Assembly (NCBI GenBank): GCA_002633005.1
Contig: NMRA01000142.1
Location: 794,823 to 858,822, forward strand
Source of the DNA: Phoronis australis
Taxonomy: Eukaryota > Animalia > Phoronida
DNA length: 64,000 bases
Direction of reading: 5' to 3'
Shown here: positions 52,109 through 64,000 of the stretch, one piece after another
Position numbering within the stretch: position 1 is the stretch's first letter
Layout of the letters: every line of letters begins with the position of its first letter
Notes under the pieces: generated by a model
What the model was told of the DNA's origin: nothing
Seen by the model: only the letters and a program-made list of their open reading frames with translations
Database searches by the model: none
Program-made: the position numbers and the translations under genes

Positions 52109-52250
52109 CTTTGAACGCTAACTACAAAAGTAGCCTCTTCAAGATATATGGTAAGATATTTTAAAAAGGCTTAACGAGACAGCTGATCCGCCAATATTTT
52201 ACAACCATTTTGGGTGTGACGAAACCGAGGCAACCACTTTACGTACTCGT
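52109..52250 (-). promoter_or_regulatory. Candidate promoter/non-coding first exon of RAP2
   Basis: Strong donor AAG|GTAAGTG at 52108, CpG-enriched surroundings, CCAAAATGG motif. The RAP2 ATG has an acceptor (tattacag, 35383-35384) 8 nt upstream. The linkage itself is inference. Confidence 0.35.
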
Positions 52251-54049
52251 AAACTAAAGAGTTCGGCGTCGTCTGTAGTGACATCTCTTGTCAGCTATCA
52301 GAAACTCTCCGAGGGTCATGCGCGTATCTAGGCACGGACAACTATATTCAGCTAAAAGTACGCGCGTCATTGGCGCAAAAACAATGTGACGCACTGTGAT
52401 TGGTTCATTCGGGCCAACAGACCCATTAAACTTGGAAGCACAAAACGACAAAAAATCATAACATGGTCCAGTGGTCGGCTCAATGGGGCCAAAACTTGAG
52501 GTCGTCACGTTTTTCTAAATCCCTACGCGTAGGGCCTATCTGGACTTCGCTGTTCGGGGGGGGGGAGGGAATGTAATATGGATCCTTTTCCTCGTGCGCG
52601 GGGCAGGCATCCGATATTTGTTCAGTACTCAGTGCTTCGCGTGTGTCGTGTCCTTCGGTACACGAGGCATATGTCATTCCCTCTTTCCCGCTGTGAATGA
52701 GGCATAACTATTCTGGACATGAAAAATATCGCAAGGCGAGGCCAACTCGAAACATTTTAGGAAACTGATAGCGCATTTCCTAGGACTTAACTCAGATTAG
52801 ACGTGTTACGTAACCAAGTGGTAGACAGCCACATTAACAACGATACCATCCAGTCCACTACATTTAAGTAGTTTCTGGCTTGAAAGAACGGATTTTTTAA
52901 TCTTTACATACCCGGTATTTGCAAAGAGTGAAAATCATTAGATTGTTAATTGAACCAGGCTAAATGTAGTATAATGTGTGAAACTTTTGAAAGCATATAT
53001 AGTGGAAAAAGACTCCGAGTCAGTGATGACAAAAACTTCCAACTGCAAAACAAAACCGCTTCATTAATTGGCTCACTTTGCCAACTAAATAGAAGTAGTC
53101 ATCGCATTCAAGGTGAACGAACGGGGGCCATCGTCTTTTCCTTTAGCGTCATGGTTCGCTTCGAAATCCGTAGGCCTACTGTACGAGCAATAGTTTTACT
53201 CAAATGGTCTTACAGTATAAACTGCTCCACGGTGCTCACGCTGGCACCAACATTGTTGTTTTCAGGGATCGCTGACAAGAGTTTTGATCGTCTGTCCCTA
53301 TATTACCGAGCTCTTCCGTAGATAAACCCACCCGATAAAACGCCCATGGGCGTTTATTCAGAAAATTCTGCCGAATAAACGCCCATGGGCGTTTATTTGG
53401 TGTTACAGCTTGTGGTGTCAAGTGTTCAGGTAGTAGAGCGTTTATTTGGGAACTTTCCACTTAAAACTTCACTCAGTATTAACTTTTAGTCACAAATTCA
53501 GTTTTTTGAAGCATTTATCATTTATAAAAACGAACAAAGCGTTGGCGAACTCAAAAGGGCTGTTGCACTTACCAATATACATGTCGCGCTTCATGCTGGC
53601 ATTTGCGTAGCCAAACCTATGACTTTCCGTTTACACCACCTCATTTTCCAAATAATCGCCAGGCGTTGATTTGGTGTTACCAAAACGCCTGAAAAATGTT
53701 TATTTTCTGAATACTCCCCCATGGACTTATCTACGGAAAATCCTGCTATCTTCTTATTAGAATTTAGATATCATTCAAGACCTAGGCGTGATTGGGACTC
53801 ATTTTCTTCTATTTATTTATTTTTTAGAAATACTGACCTTACTTCTTCATACTTTTGCTTCATGATGGTTGCAAATAGTTTCACTTTCACAAAATGTGAC
53901 ATCCACATGAGCGAGCATCTGCGAGCATACTTGTATGCCTAGTGGTCGCGCGCGCCGAAGTCTTCGGCAACAATGGTGTCGCCAGCATAGCCATTGATGC
54001 TGTAAGCTATTGCTTCGAAACTACGCCCCCCTATACCGTCACTTTCGGC

Positions 54050-54242
54050 GCCTAGGCGCTACGTTAAATGTAAAAAGGTGGTTGCTACGATAAAATGTAA
54101 AAAGGTGGTTGACTACAGCTACGTGTGCTTACGCCCCACAATGAGGTAACTTGCGGTGGGTAGGCGCTACGTTAAAAAGAAAAAAGGTGGTTGGCTGCCC
54201 TGCGTGCGCCTAGTGCGCCCCACTGCCGTAGTGACAGCACTG
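54050..54242. repeat. Internally repeated hAT-like MITE end (aaaaaggtggttg x3)
   Basis: Ends in cagcactg and shares sequence with 37365-37520. Confidence 0.6.
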
Positions 54243-57200
54243 CAAGTTGCTAGTTGGCTAAAAAAACTCTAAAAGCAAATTTGAAATTAACAACAGACGC
54301 ACGTGTATACCTGGGACACTCATTCATATTGAGAAATGAATTGGTGAATGTATTTGTTTAGTGTGAAGTTTTATTTTGATTTGTCGAAAATAGAATTTCA
54401 AGGCATTTTTTCATAATGCTGAAAATACAACAACCTTGATTTATATTACTGTCTCATGAGAATGAAATAGCATTTTTCATTTTAAGATGAGGCCTATTAT
54501 AAACTCTAGCCTGACAAATTTAGACACATTTTAACAACATTTCCCAAATTGCACTAATGTGTGGCTATCAACCGTCGTATGACAGTATACTATTTGAAAC
54601 TGGCAGGAACTCCCTCTTTCGGGCAATCGATGGAATTCAGATTGTACGTAGTACACGCCTATCTTTTTGTTGCACTGTTAAATGATTTGAGAGATTTTTA
54701 AACAGTAGCTAAAGTTTGATCATTTTCACAACGAATTTCTGTTTCAAACCGGTATCTAAGACGTCTCTTAAACTATTCATAACATTGTGTCATTAATCCC
54801 ACATCATTGTAGTTTAGCTTTAAATAATTTAAAGTGGTTTATATTAGACTTTTATTTTACTTGCATACATTATGTGATTTCTCCAACTCAGATACAATGC
54901 CCTGCAGTCTCTGCATTGCTTTTGTTGTTTTATGCATCAAATGATATCCCACTGAAAAATGGGCCTACGGTGTATTTTCGGAAACTTTTCCTAGTATAGG
55001 CGCATAGGCCTACATTTGAGGGACTGTTTGCGAACATTCGCGCTTCATCAGACTCATTACGTAACGCACTTCCGGTATAAAAAGTGCACGCATAAGAAGC
55101 GCCAGATATTTTAAACATGGTTCTTCTACAAGCTCAGCGGTTCAGCTAAGACGGCTACGACGGCAAGAACATGTACAAATGCCGAATATGAAGAATCTAC
55201 AAAATACAATTCTCAACAAACAAATGCTGCGTTATTGGTACTTACAAACCTTTCAAATATTGATTACCTTAAACCGTTTTCAACTGCGATATCATTCATG
55301 CTTTGAAGCGGAAAACAGAAACCTCGTTGTATCACGTATATTTGACCATAAAGTGCGCTGCACACCCCATTTCTCAGCACTACACACATTTGTTCAGTTG
55401 AATCATGTGCGTGTTTGCATTATTTTTAAAACGTAAACAATTAATTTTTAAAACGTTTTTCTTTGAAGCTCAACAGAGTTTTACGTACAGATCTTGCTAA
55501 TCTTAATTTATGTTTTTAAATCCTAGACACAAATGATAGGGTATTTTGGTTCATATAGAAGTCGCCAAAAGCCCGTGTAAATAAGTGTATTATTTATTGC
55601 AGAATTTTCCATCAATTCGATTTGTCAACTTTGTCCTTTTTTCAAATTGTGTGACGTAAAGCGTCCCTGTGCCATTTATATCAGCGTTTTTACACTACAT
55701 GCCCATTTAAACGACAAAAGATGGTATTCTGGATATACATACGTCTATGACCGACTACACTACTTCTTATTATCTCAAATTTTATATATTGCTGTTTAGG
55801 ATCCGACCCGTATGCGACTTTTTGATAGTGCGTACATTTTTACGGCTTCGTAAATTCGGGACATTTTATTTGATACATTCTACCGGTTCGTTTAGCGATG
55901 AACTGTTCCGAATTCATGTATTTGTCATTATTACGATATCTTTATTTCCAAAAGTATGTACTAGTTTGGTGAATTTAGTCGATATTACGAAATCACTTGT
56001 TCGTAGCACCTTCAGGATTCATCGCATTTCGTTGATTCGATAATTGCAGTTGGTTACATATTCATTAATTCGTTGCATTATATGGACTCATCAGTTCATT
56101 GCATTGATTCAGCATCAATTCATAGTATCGATTCAGCAATTACCTTGCCTTGGTGATTGTTGTTGGTTTTTACGGATTCACTTATTCTACGCATTTTTGC
56201 GCTAATTTATGCATCGCATGTTACACATTCATTTATTTCTAGTACTTGGGAATTCATTAATTTGTTGCATCTCTTCTATATATGAATGAATTAATCGTTT
56301 CGTTTTACGGAATCAAAAATTCACGGAACTGAACGGGTGTACTATTTCAATTAGTCGTCACCTTTTACATGTATTATGGGTACAACAATTTGACGCTGCA
56401 CATTTTGTAAAATCTCAAACTTCCAGCCCTTAAACCACGGGCCACAGGTAGGCCATTTCGGCTAAGTTCTGAAGGGAGCAGATTTTGTGTGTATTGTTTA
56501 TTTCGTATGTAATGTGCTATTAGGCCGGTGGTCATGTGTGCAAATAAATCTTTAGAGGCAAGACAACATGAAATTTAAAACCACAGTCGTTGAACTTGAT
56601 GGGACCCGTTCGTTGCACCATAACGGGTCGGCTTGACATGAAGCTTTTGCATAGGATTTAAACTTTACAAAATACTTATTTATCAAATACTAAAATTAAA
56701 TTCACGACCATTTTGAACTGTTATTCTTGTTATGCATGCGTGCACCCAGGGGGGGCTCCCATTTGGCGAAGTGGGTAAAAAGTTCCGCCTCAGACAAACA
56801 AAAAGTCCGAGAAAATGAGACAAAATTCCACTAAAAAGGCGTAGACGCACAATTCACACGTCTGACGGTGGTACCCCTTTTTTATTATTCCTCCCGCTTT
56901 TTTCTTAGCAAAATGTCCACTTTGTCAGAAACTTGAGCCCCCATATTAAAGGCTGGATGCGCCTATGTTATGCAACACTGACTTGATCACTGTGCTATGA
57001 ATGAATGAAATACGGGTTTCTTAGGCCGAGCTCCAAACCCGGCCCCTCCCTTGCGAATGTAGTTAGGCCTAATTTACTTTTTCATACGGAATTTAGTAGC
57101 TACCTGATAAAAACGTACTAACCCTTCGTAAGATCCACAAGTATCCCCCGGGTTTGACAAGAAACCATTTAGTCAGTGACATACTTGTTTATCGCCGACT

Positions 57201-59512
57201 TCGAAATGAAGTCACATCATGGCAAGGAATATTATGAGACCGATTTTGTGGAAGTAAACTGCATAACTCGATTTTCGTTTTTCAGCCAGATAAACAGCGC
57301 GAAATACATCTTTATTACCTTTTCTGGAAAGGGAATATATAGAACTGAAAAACTGAATTCAACAAAATCAGACTTACCTGTTCAGCTCACCTACATTTCT
57401 TACACTATTACGATTGTGATAAATTCAAGGCTTACCGTTGCGACTTTAGTATTTAGCCGCGTACAAAAAAGACGTCAATGGCCACTTCTGCCAATTTCGA
57501 AAAGTAAAGCAGGTTATTTTAGTTACGTGATTCATAAATTTTATATTTAGCATACAATAGCAAGATAAGTTATAATCAATAACTTAGTTCCCAACAATTT
57601 TTTTTTCTGATGAATTACTTTGATTTATTATAATGTAAAGAGGATGAGTACGACGTAACACCGAATTCGCCCGTAGCTTATAATGAAGTTCATTGCTTTC
57701 AGTAGCTCGCTGCAAAAACGAATGCATCCTCGAGTAGGTATTAGCCGTATGCAATCACACCCCGGACTGCAAGGTGGAGATGTACGGCCTGCTAATACCG
57801 GGTTGAAAGGCAGGGGATATGTTCAACACGCGCTCATGACAATACTCTTCCCTAATACCCGGTCTAAAAAGACGTTGCTTGGCATCTGCGGCAGACAAGA
57901 AAAAGTCGTGTCAAACGAAGATAGAGCAGCTGTTGGCCTTGAGCAATGAGCTATTTTCGGGCGAAATTTCTTAATTTGTTCTTGCAGCAGTTTGCCACTC
58001 ATAAATGTATTAGGACAAAGCCAGATAAGGTGGTTGTTTTTTTCCCAGAGCGTTAAGGCCAAACCAATAATAATTCATGCGTAAACTAACGCTCTCTCTG
58101 TTCCTGTTCCACCAGATGAGCTGAATTTGAATTAAGGAAGGGAAATGATTATTAGGATTTTTGTGAGGTTCTGACAACCTGAACTACGACAAATTCTTGC
58201 AAAGTAAATTCCTTGATTTAATTGCTTGATTAACGTTGTCACTCCTTGGTAGAGTTCAGTGACACTAGGACCTCGCTAAACAGCAAGACTTCGCGAGATT
58301 ACGTGAGATGTTGCCGTGTATTTTAAATGAGAACACGTGATTTTGGCTAGCGTTATTGAACTCTAGTCTTGTTTGACACGTGGGCTCATATCCGGAAACA
58401 AAGTGTACACGTTATTCTATTATAGTAACAATCGTCTGCTATACATTCCAAGATACCAGCGGAAGACACTCCACCTTGACGTAATGAAACACATTTTAAT
58501 AAAAACTAGTTTATTCAAAATCTATTTGAAATAACATAATTAATTTTAAGCTTAATTTTTTAAATCAAAGTGATGCACCAAGAAAATGCCTGCCATAGTT
58601 GAATGACATATGTCTTTAACTTTTAAGAACTTAGAAAAGTAGATAGCGGAAAAATGTAAACATATATAGAACTGGAATTCAAGCCAGGCTCCTATTTTAG
58701 GGATATCTCACCACTGATGAGAGTCGTTCCGTGTTCTCATGAAATTGGCGATAACCAAGGGGAGAGCATCTTTAAGGCAGAATTCTGTATTGACTAATTA
58801 AGGATGCCCTATCTGCTTCAAATAGTCAATCTTTCAAAAATTATTTGTGAGATCCTATATCCATAGTAAATGACATTCGTTAGCCTTGGCACCTTTTTTC
58901 AAAATAAAACGAGTCTGTTATAATTTGGAAGCTAATTTCTGGTGGTTTACAAACAGCATGGCACCTGAGGTTTGATGACATCAAGTTTCACCTTTTATAA
59001 CGAGCGCCAAGAAATTGCTTATAAACATTTAACGATATCTTCCAATTGCTGAAACTTGTCGCATGTTTTTAACAGGTGAAAACAAAGGTAGGGAAGATGT
59101 GCGAGTATGTGTAATTTAACTAAAGTTAGTTTTGCAAGGAAATGGTTTGGCCGTGTAGAGCAAACGTCCGAAATTGGTAGCGTATAGTTTTTGCTCGTTT
59201 TTTTCGCTGAGGTTTATGTTTGGTTTTGGTTTTATTTTCTTCTGTGCATTATTTCAATGGCAAGAATTTAATAATCAACACAAAACACTTTTTTAAAAAA
59301 AATTACTAGTGAATTGCGTTTTAAAGGGGTCACATGATGTTCAGTTGTATTATTCAGCATATTCACTTCTCTGAAAACTGTAGGGCTCTATAAAGAGAGA
59401 GTTTACGACACATAGTTCACTTTATTCTAGCATTTAGTAAAACACATGCAATCAAACAGACAGTAAGGATTTCGTTTCTTTGTGTTGTTATTGAATGGAA
59501 CACTATTCAGAG

Positions 59513-59637
59513 TACGTGACGTCAGTTGAGACAGATGTCAACGAACAGAATTCGGAAATAGAAATCTTTTTAGCCAATCAATAGTCTTCGACGGCACTTG
59601 AGGTATATTCCACGTGAATATCCCCAAATATATAAAA
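59513..59637 (+). promoter_or_regulatory. Globin A proximal promoter: TACGTG overlapping TGACGTCA, CCAAT box, CACGTG, TATA box
   Basis: TACGTG 59513-59518, TGACGTCA 59517-59524, GCCAATCA ~59573-59580, CACGTG 59611-59616, TATAAAA 59631-59637, about 65-70 nt upstream of the ATG. Confidence 0.65.
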
Positions 59638-59701
59638 TGCGTTCTCTGCTGAAGTCGATTTACTTTCCACCGAGTGCTAAAAGTCGACGAGTCCTGCCAA
59701 G

Positions 59702-59796
59702 ATGCCTATCTCACCGCAACAAATCCAAGCAGTCCAGGAGAACTTTGAAGGTCTCAAGGGAGATGCTAAGACGAACGGCGTCATGTGGTTCACATG
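59702..59796 (+). CDS. Globin A exon 1 (MPISPQQIQAVQENFEGLKGDAKTNGVMWFT-W); not in the ORF track
   Basis: AAGATGC start, 95 nt, phase-2 donor GTAAGC at the canonical globin B12.2 position. Confidence 0.9.
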
Positions 59797-60698
59797 GTAA
59801 GCGGAATAGCATCAACCGTTTTAACATACGAAATTCCGGATCATTGTCGCATTACGCCGGAAGGAACACGTTTTTTTTCGTAAACTGTTTTAATGATAGC
59901 ACCAGTTTTATTTCCTTTGAGAATTATCAATTGAAGCGGGAACGTTAGAGCCAGTTACAACGCCATTATAGGACCTGATCAGTAAGCGTTGATTTAGTCA
60001 AATATCTATAAAATTACATATTTCAACTCGGTAAAAGTACATAGTTTGTGAAAGTAGAATCCTGTAAACTTTAATTTTCTACTTTTTATCAACCTGCAAT
60101 TAATTCGGTCAGGAGGCCATGTATTTAAAAAAAAAATTAGCGAAAAGCACGGTACATTCTTAGCAAAAAACAATGTCTTTAACATTATTAAATTTTATTT
60201 CATATGAATATTCACGATGAAATCTCAAAAACGCTGTTACAATGTTCTCATTCATTTTATGCAATTTTTATTTTTATTTTTCTTCATAAAAATCGTAGAA
60301 GCCCTATTTTGAACACTTTAAAAACAATTCCTAATGGTGTTGTAGAACAGTACATAAAGCGCAGAATCTCAAAGTTTCATGTGAAGCCGATCAATCATTT
60401 CTGAGACATGTTTCTGGGGTTCTACATAACATTTTGTGAGAAACTTTTTGACATACGGCGAGTCAGCGTGAGTCGAGACATCACTTGCCACTGACAGGTA
60501 ATAGGCAGGTTTTTGGTAGTCTGGGAGGTTCACTACTTCGGGCATGACATCAGTGGTCCGCCCCCTCCTCCCTCATGGGCGGCATAGCACTGAAAAAAGT
60601 GGGGGCTATAGCCCCCCTGCCCCCTATGGTGCGCCGCAAATGCCCCTCACGGGGTCTTAGTTACACCAGTATTACACCTATGTCTGTATATTTGTCAG

Positions 60699-60921
60699 GA
60701 TGTTGGAGAACTACCCTGAAATGAGAAGTCTCTACCGCTTCATCCAAAGCCACACTGACCTCGCCAGCAACCCTGACCTGGCGCGTCATGCCGCCCGCGT
60801 CTACAAAAAGTTAGCCGTCTCCATTGATCAGCTGTCAAACCGTCGCGTCCTGGCTGCCGACTTGAAGACATTGGGTGCCCGTCATCCTGGTTACGGCGTC
60901 GTCCCCGACAAGCATATCAAG
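60699..60921 (+). CDS. Globin A exon 2 (heme-binding; distal His E7 in ARHAARV, proximal His F8 in LGARH)
   Basis: 223-nt phase 2-0 exon, C2 Pro (NYPEM), ends at G7.0. Confidence 0.93.
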
Positions 60922-61572
60922 GTAGAGTAAAACAGCTCCAGATAGCTATCCAAATTTTTTGGTATAGCCATCATGTGTCACGCACGTAATTTGACATGAC
61001 ATAAAATACCAAAAGAATTAAATGAAGTTTTCTTCATGCTTAATGCAGTGTGTGCAAGAATTACAGTTCACAAAAGCATAGTATACATTTGCCGAGAATT
61101 AAAATCAAAATCAAGGGAAGCACGGTGACATCAAGCTCCAATAATTTCTGTACCATTTTTTCACAAAACTGATAGCACCACCAATAATTGCGCGATGCAA
61201 AATATTTAATGAAGCTAATTTGATGACTGGTCAACTGAAGGGGAAACAAATGTCTCGTTGACTAGTCTGGGAAAGGGTAAAATTGGGCAAGGATCGATGC
61301 TGCGGGAGGTGAATATTGTTGTTGACAAGCGATGGAGAATTGTTAACGCCAATAAGAGGTCATGGAGGAACTACATTTGAGAAATCGTGAGGTATTGTGA
61401 TGATGATCGATGACAACTTTGGTCACCTGTGGGGGCGACCGAGGAGTCAGGGCCAACTAATTTCGAAGTGTCATTTTTATCCTCCCTCATTAATATGTAC
61501 CTCCCGTTGAACATGAAGACCCGATGTTTCCCTGCTTTCCATCACTGCAATAGTGTTAACTGCCTTTTACAG

Positions 61573-61698
61573 CCTACATTCGAGGGACTCTTCTACATGA
61601 TCGAGAAGCAGAGCTCTACCCCTGTCTCCGTTGAGCTCCGTCAGGCTTACGAGAAGGCTTTTGACCTCATCTGCAACTCAATGGGTCTTTATGTTTAA
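61573..61698 (+). CDS. Globin A exon 3 (PTFEGLFYMIEK...LRQAYEKAFDLICNSMGLYV*); full protein 147 aa
   Basis: Acceptor ccttttacag, G/H helix pattern; AATAAA at the stop and at 61789-61794. Confidence 0.92.
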   Translation, partial: PTFEGLFYMIEKQSSTPVSVELRQAYEKAFDLICNSMGLYV

Positions 61699-62622
61699 TA
61701 AACGTCACACCAGAGGACGCACAAGACATGAGCGAACTCGTGCATGTTTACGAAACTATCCTTTTACATTATATTGTGCTTGCTAGATAATAAAAATACG
61801 ACTGATGAAAACTAATCTTGTGTTAGCATTTTTCAACGTGATCGTGCCAGTTGCGTTAGTCTGTTCTCCTCTAACGGTGACAGACGTGTCCGATCGAAAA
61901 CCCAGGAATAAATTTGAATTATGTATAAGTTTCTCTTCAGCTTTGGTCAGTTGTTGCTCAGTGTACTAACACAAGACTATGTGTTGTTCCGAAACTGTGA
62001 AAGAACTCTGAGGACGCCAGAGTCGACAGAAGCCAGTGTTGCGTTCAGACTTGCATTAACATTGTTTACGAAAAAAGAAATCTAATAAAAAATCATTAAG
62101 CTCGGTGACAAAAAATCAATATAAAAGAAGAAAAAGTATAACTACTATAAAGTTAATTTTAGGCCGGGTAAATCCCACATCATCATAATTACCGAATCAA
62201 AGAGAGAATAATAGTGAAATAACAAGATTTTATTGAAAATCACAATTTACTTATCGTTACCATCTCAAAAAACGAATGAAGTCGTTATGAAATCACCACA
62301 AAAATGTAAATCTCATGAACAGTACAAGCTTTTTAGCTGTTTACAAGTGTGATGTACCAAAATTGCTTATCCCCACATTTTGCAGCGAGGGCTGAATCTT
62401 AATGGAATCGTACACTAAGCCATTCTTTTCAAAAGCACTGAAAATCCGGGTAGCAAACTGATCTTGGTCAGAACATGACGAGATACTGTTTTACGCCTGA
62501 TTATTTTTTATTAGCTTCAACCTAGGAACGAATAATTGGTACCCCTACTTCGCGGATAGCAGTGACGGCAAACGCGTAGGCGTGTTGAAATTCCATTTGC
62601 ATTCTATGCAGTACGCCAACTA

Positions 62623-62742
62623 TTACTCGAACAATTTCGTTACAATGATGTTCCAAGCCACGGCCCAGGCTGCTTCAACGTCAGCGGTGAATCCGTCGCC
62701 TAGCACTGTACGTAACATCAACATGAGACCATCTCCAACAGG
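62623..62742 (-). CDS. Globin B (neuroglobin-like) last exon (PVGDGLMLMLRTVLGDGFTADVEAAWAVAWNIIVTKLFE*)
   Basis: Hand translation; VG..L...L...LG..FT....AAW globin G/H motif; acceptor ttgcag; minus-strand AATAAA at 62229-62234. Confidence 0.92.
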   Translation of the reverse strand, partial: PVGDGLMLMLRTVLGDGFTADVEAAWAVAWNIIVTKLFE

Positions 62743-63224
62743 CTGCAAGTAAAGATTGTGTCAATGGAACATGAGATTCTTCAAGCCACCTTCTGTGGGT
62801 CCGTTTCGCTTAAAAGTCTCAAAAGACTTAAGGCAGGAATTTGATCTTTCACTCGCACTTCACAACGGATGAAAAAAGTTTAGCCAAGTAATTACGAGCG
62901 CAACACGGTCTAGGGATCATTTGCAGAAATCATCTCAATAATTAAAAGTTATGTGTATATTCCCAGAGGATTCGCATTTTTTTTTCTTGCCCGGTTCAAA
63001 CTTGCATCACAAATATTGTTCATTGCTATCGGAAGTCTTCTTACTCACACGGACAAAGAACCGTTACTAGGGAAGTTATATTTCAACCACGGACAGACAC
63101 ACACAGACAAAAAGTTAAAGTTCCGTGGTAAGGATTCTTCGCTCGTAGTGAATGTTCATATTAGTTTTTGGCCAAAACACGAGCACGAACTTTAAAATTA
63201 GCGCGCAAGTAAACAAAGACATGT

Positions 63225-63405
63225 TGATCCGACGTTTCGGTTTATTCACTATAAACCATTCTCAAGGCAAAAGTTCACATTATTCAATCAGGCGACACTG
63301 GTAGTGTAGGTATACAGTCTGTTCTCAACCCGTGTCGCCTGATTGAATAATGTGAACTTTTTCCTTGAGAATTGTTCATAGTAAATAAACCGAAACGTCG
63401 GATCA
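63225..63405. mobile_element. 74-bp-arm inverted repeat of Penelope-like terminal-repeat sequence in a globin B intron
   Basis: Arms at 63225-63298 and 63332-63405; each carries CCTTGAGAAT-stem-loop-GAAACGTCGG. Confidence 0.75.
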
Positions 63406-63573
63406 CTATCAGGTGAGTGTTCTTGTAGTGCGTGTTGCTTGGTGGAGAACGCTGAGGGCTCTCCTTCCGTAGCAAGCTTCTGTACCGTGATAAGCGTTCT
63501 GCAGCCCATGGTCCGGACCCGGGGTTAGGTTCTGATTTCCACCCCAAACGACAATTGGACAGCAACCACATAC

Positions 63574-63696
63574 CTGGACATGCTTGCCTGGGATGACTCC
63601 ATACGGCTTGTGAGCATTTCCCAGTATACTTAACGTGTCCATCATGCGGTCCGTGGTGGCTAGTTGTTCCAAAACCTCATCAAGCTTAGTCATTAC
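63574..63696 (-). CDS. Globin B internal exon, E11 to G6 (VMTKLDEVLEQLATTDRMMDTLSILGNAHKPYGVIPGKHVQ); 5' exons lie beyond the right edge
   Basis: 123 nt, phase 0-0, acceptor ttgttccag, donor GTATGT; proximal His in LGNAH. Confidence 0.9.
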
Positions 63697-64000
63697 CTGG
63701 AACAAACGTATAACGAAAAAAGACCATATTCGGCCTCATGCGCCTAAATCAGCGATAATGTGGGTTTTCCAGAAATAATGGTTTCGTGCATAAGGCGCTG
63801 CTTTTCGGGTAGACTGTTGTTTCTGTGTACATCCGTGATAGGCTTACCTTTTAAAGTCGGGCATATTTAAAGGCCTATGGTCCGAGTTATAGAAGAAAAA
63901 AACCTCTTAACGCCGTTTAAGCCGGTTTTTTTGGTGTGACATGGAGTTCAAAAAGTTATTAACTTTCAACTTGTGCAAAAAGTTTGAAAAAAATCGTTGT

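Noticed and set aside
58714-58750. CTGATGA...GAAA possible hammerhead
   Set aside because: Stem II is not adjacent to GAAA, and there is no stem III/NUH or stem I pairing.
59598-59948. 116-aa basic ORF over globin A exon 1
   Set aside because: Alternative frame spanning promoter, exon and intron; the globin frame explains the region.

Overview
AT-rich, intron-containing animal genomic DNA. It is probably an invertebrate such as a mollusc or other lophotrochozoan, but that is inference from gene structure and repeat types. Six protein-coding genes can be assembled by hand from GT-AG junctions with consistent phases. (1) The 5' part of phosphorylase kinase alpha subunit (PHKA, minus strand, 7 coding exons, 288 aa, continuing off the left edge). 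(2) A GT31 beta-1,3-galactosyltransferase nested antisense inside a PHKA intron. (3) UQCRQ (complex III subunit 8), head-to-head with PHKA across ~2.5 kb of palindromic MITEs. (4) Rap2 GTPase with an intronless CDS. (5, 6) A convergent pair of globins: a complete 147-aa globin with B12.2/G7.0 introns and Tyr instead of the near-invariant Phe at CD1, and a partial neuroglobin-like gene with an additional E11.0 intron. The rest is intron/intergenic DNA rich in non-autonomous TIR elements (several with visible target-site duplications), tRNA-derived SINEs, LINE remnants and Penelope-type hammerhead-like motifs. No CRISPR, rRNA or intact tRNA gene was seen. Most ORF-track entries are spurious. Nothing was searched against databases; family calls rest on recognised motifs.
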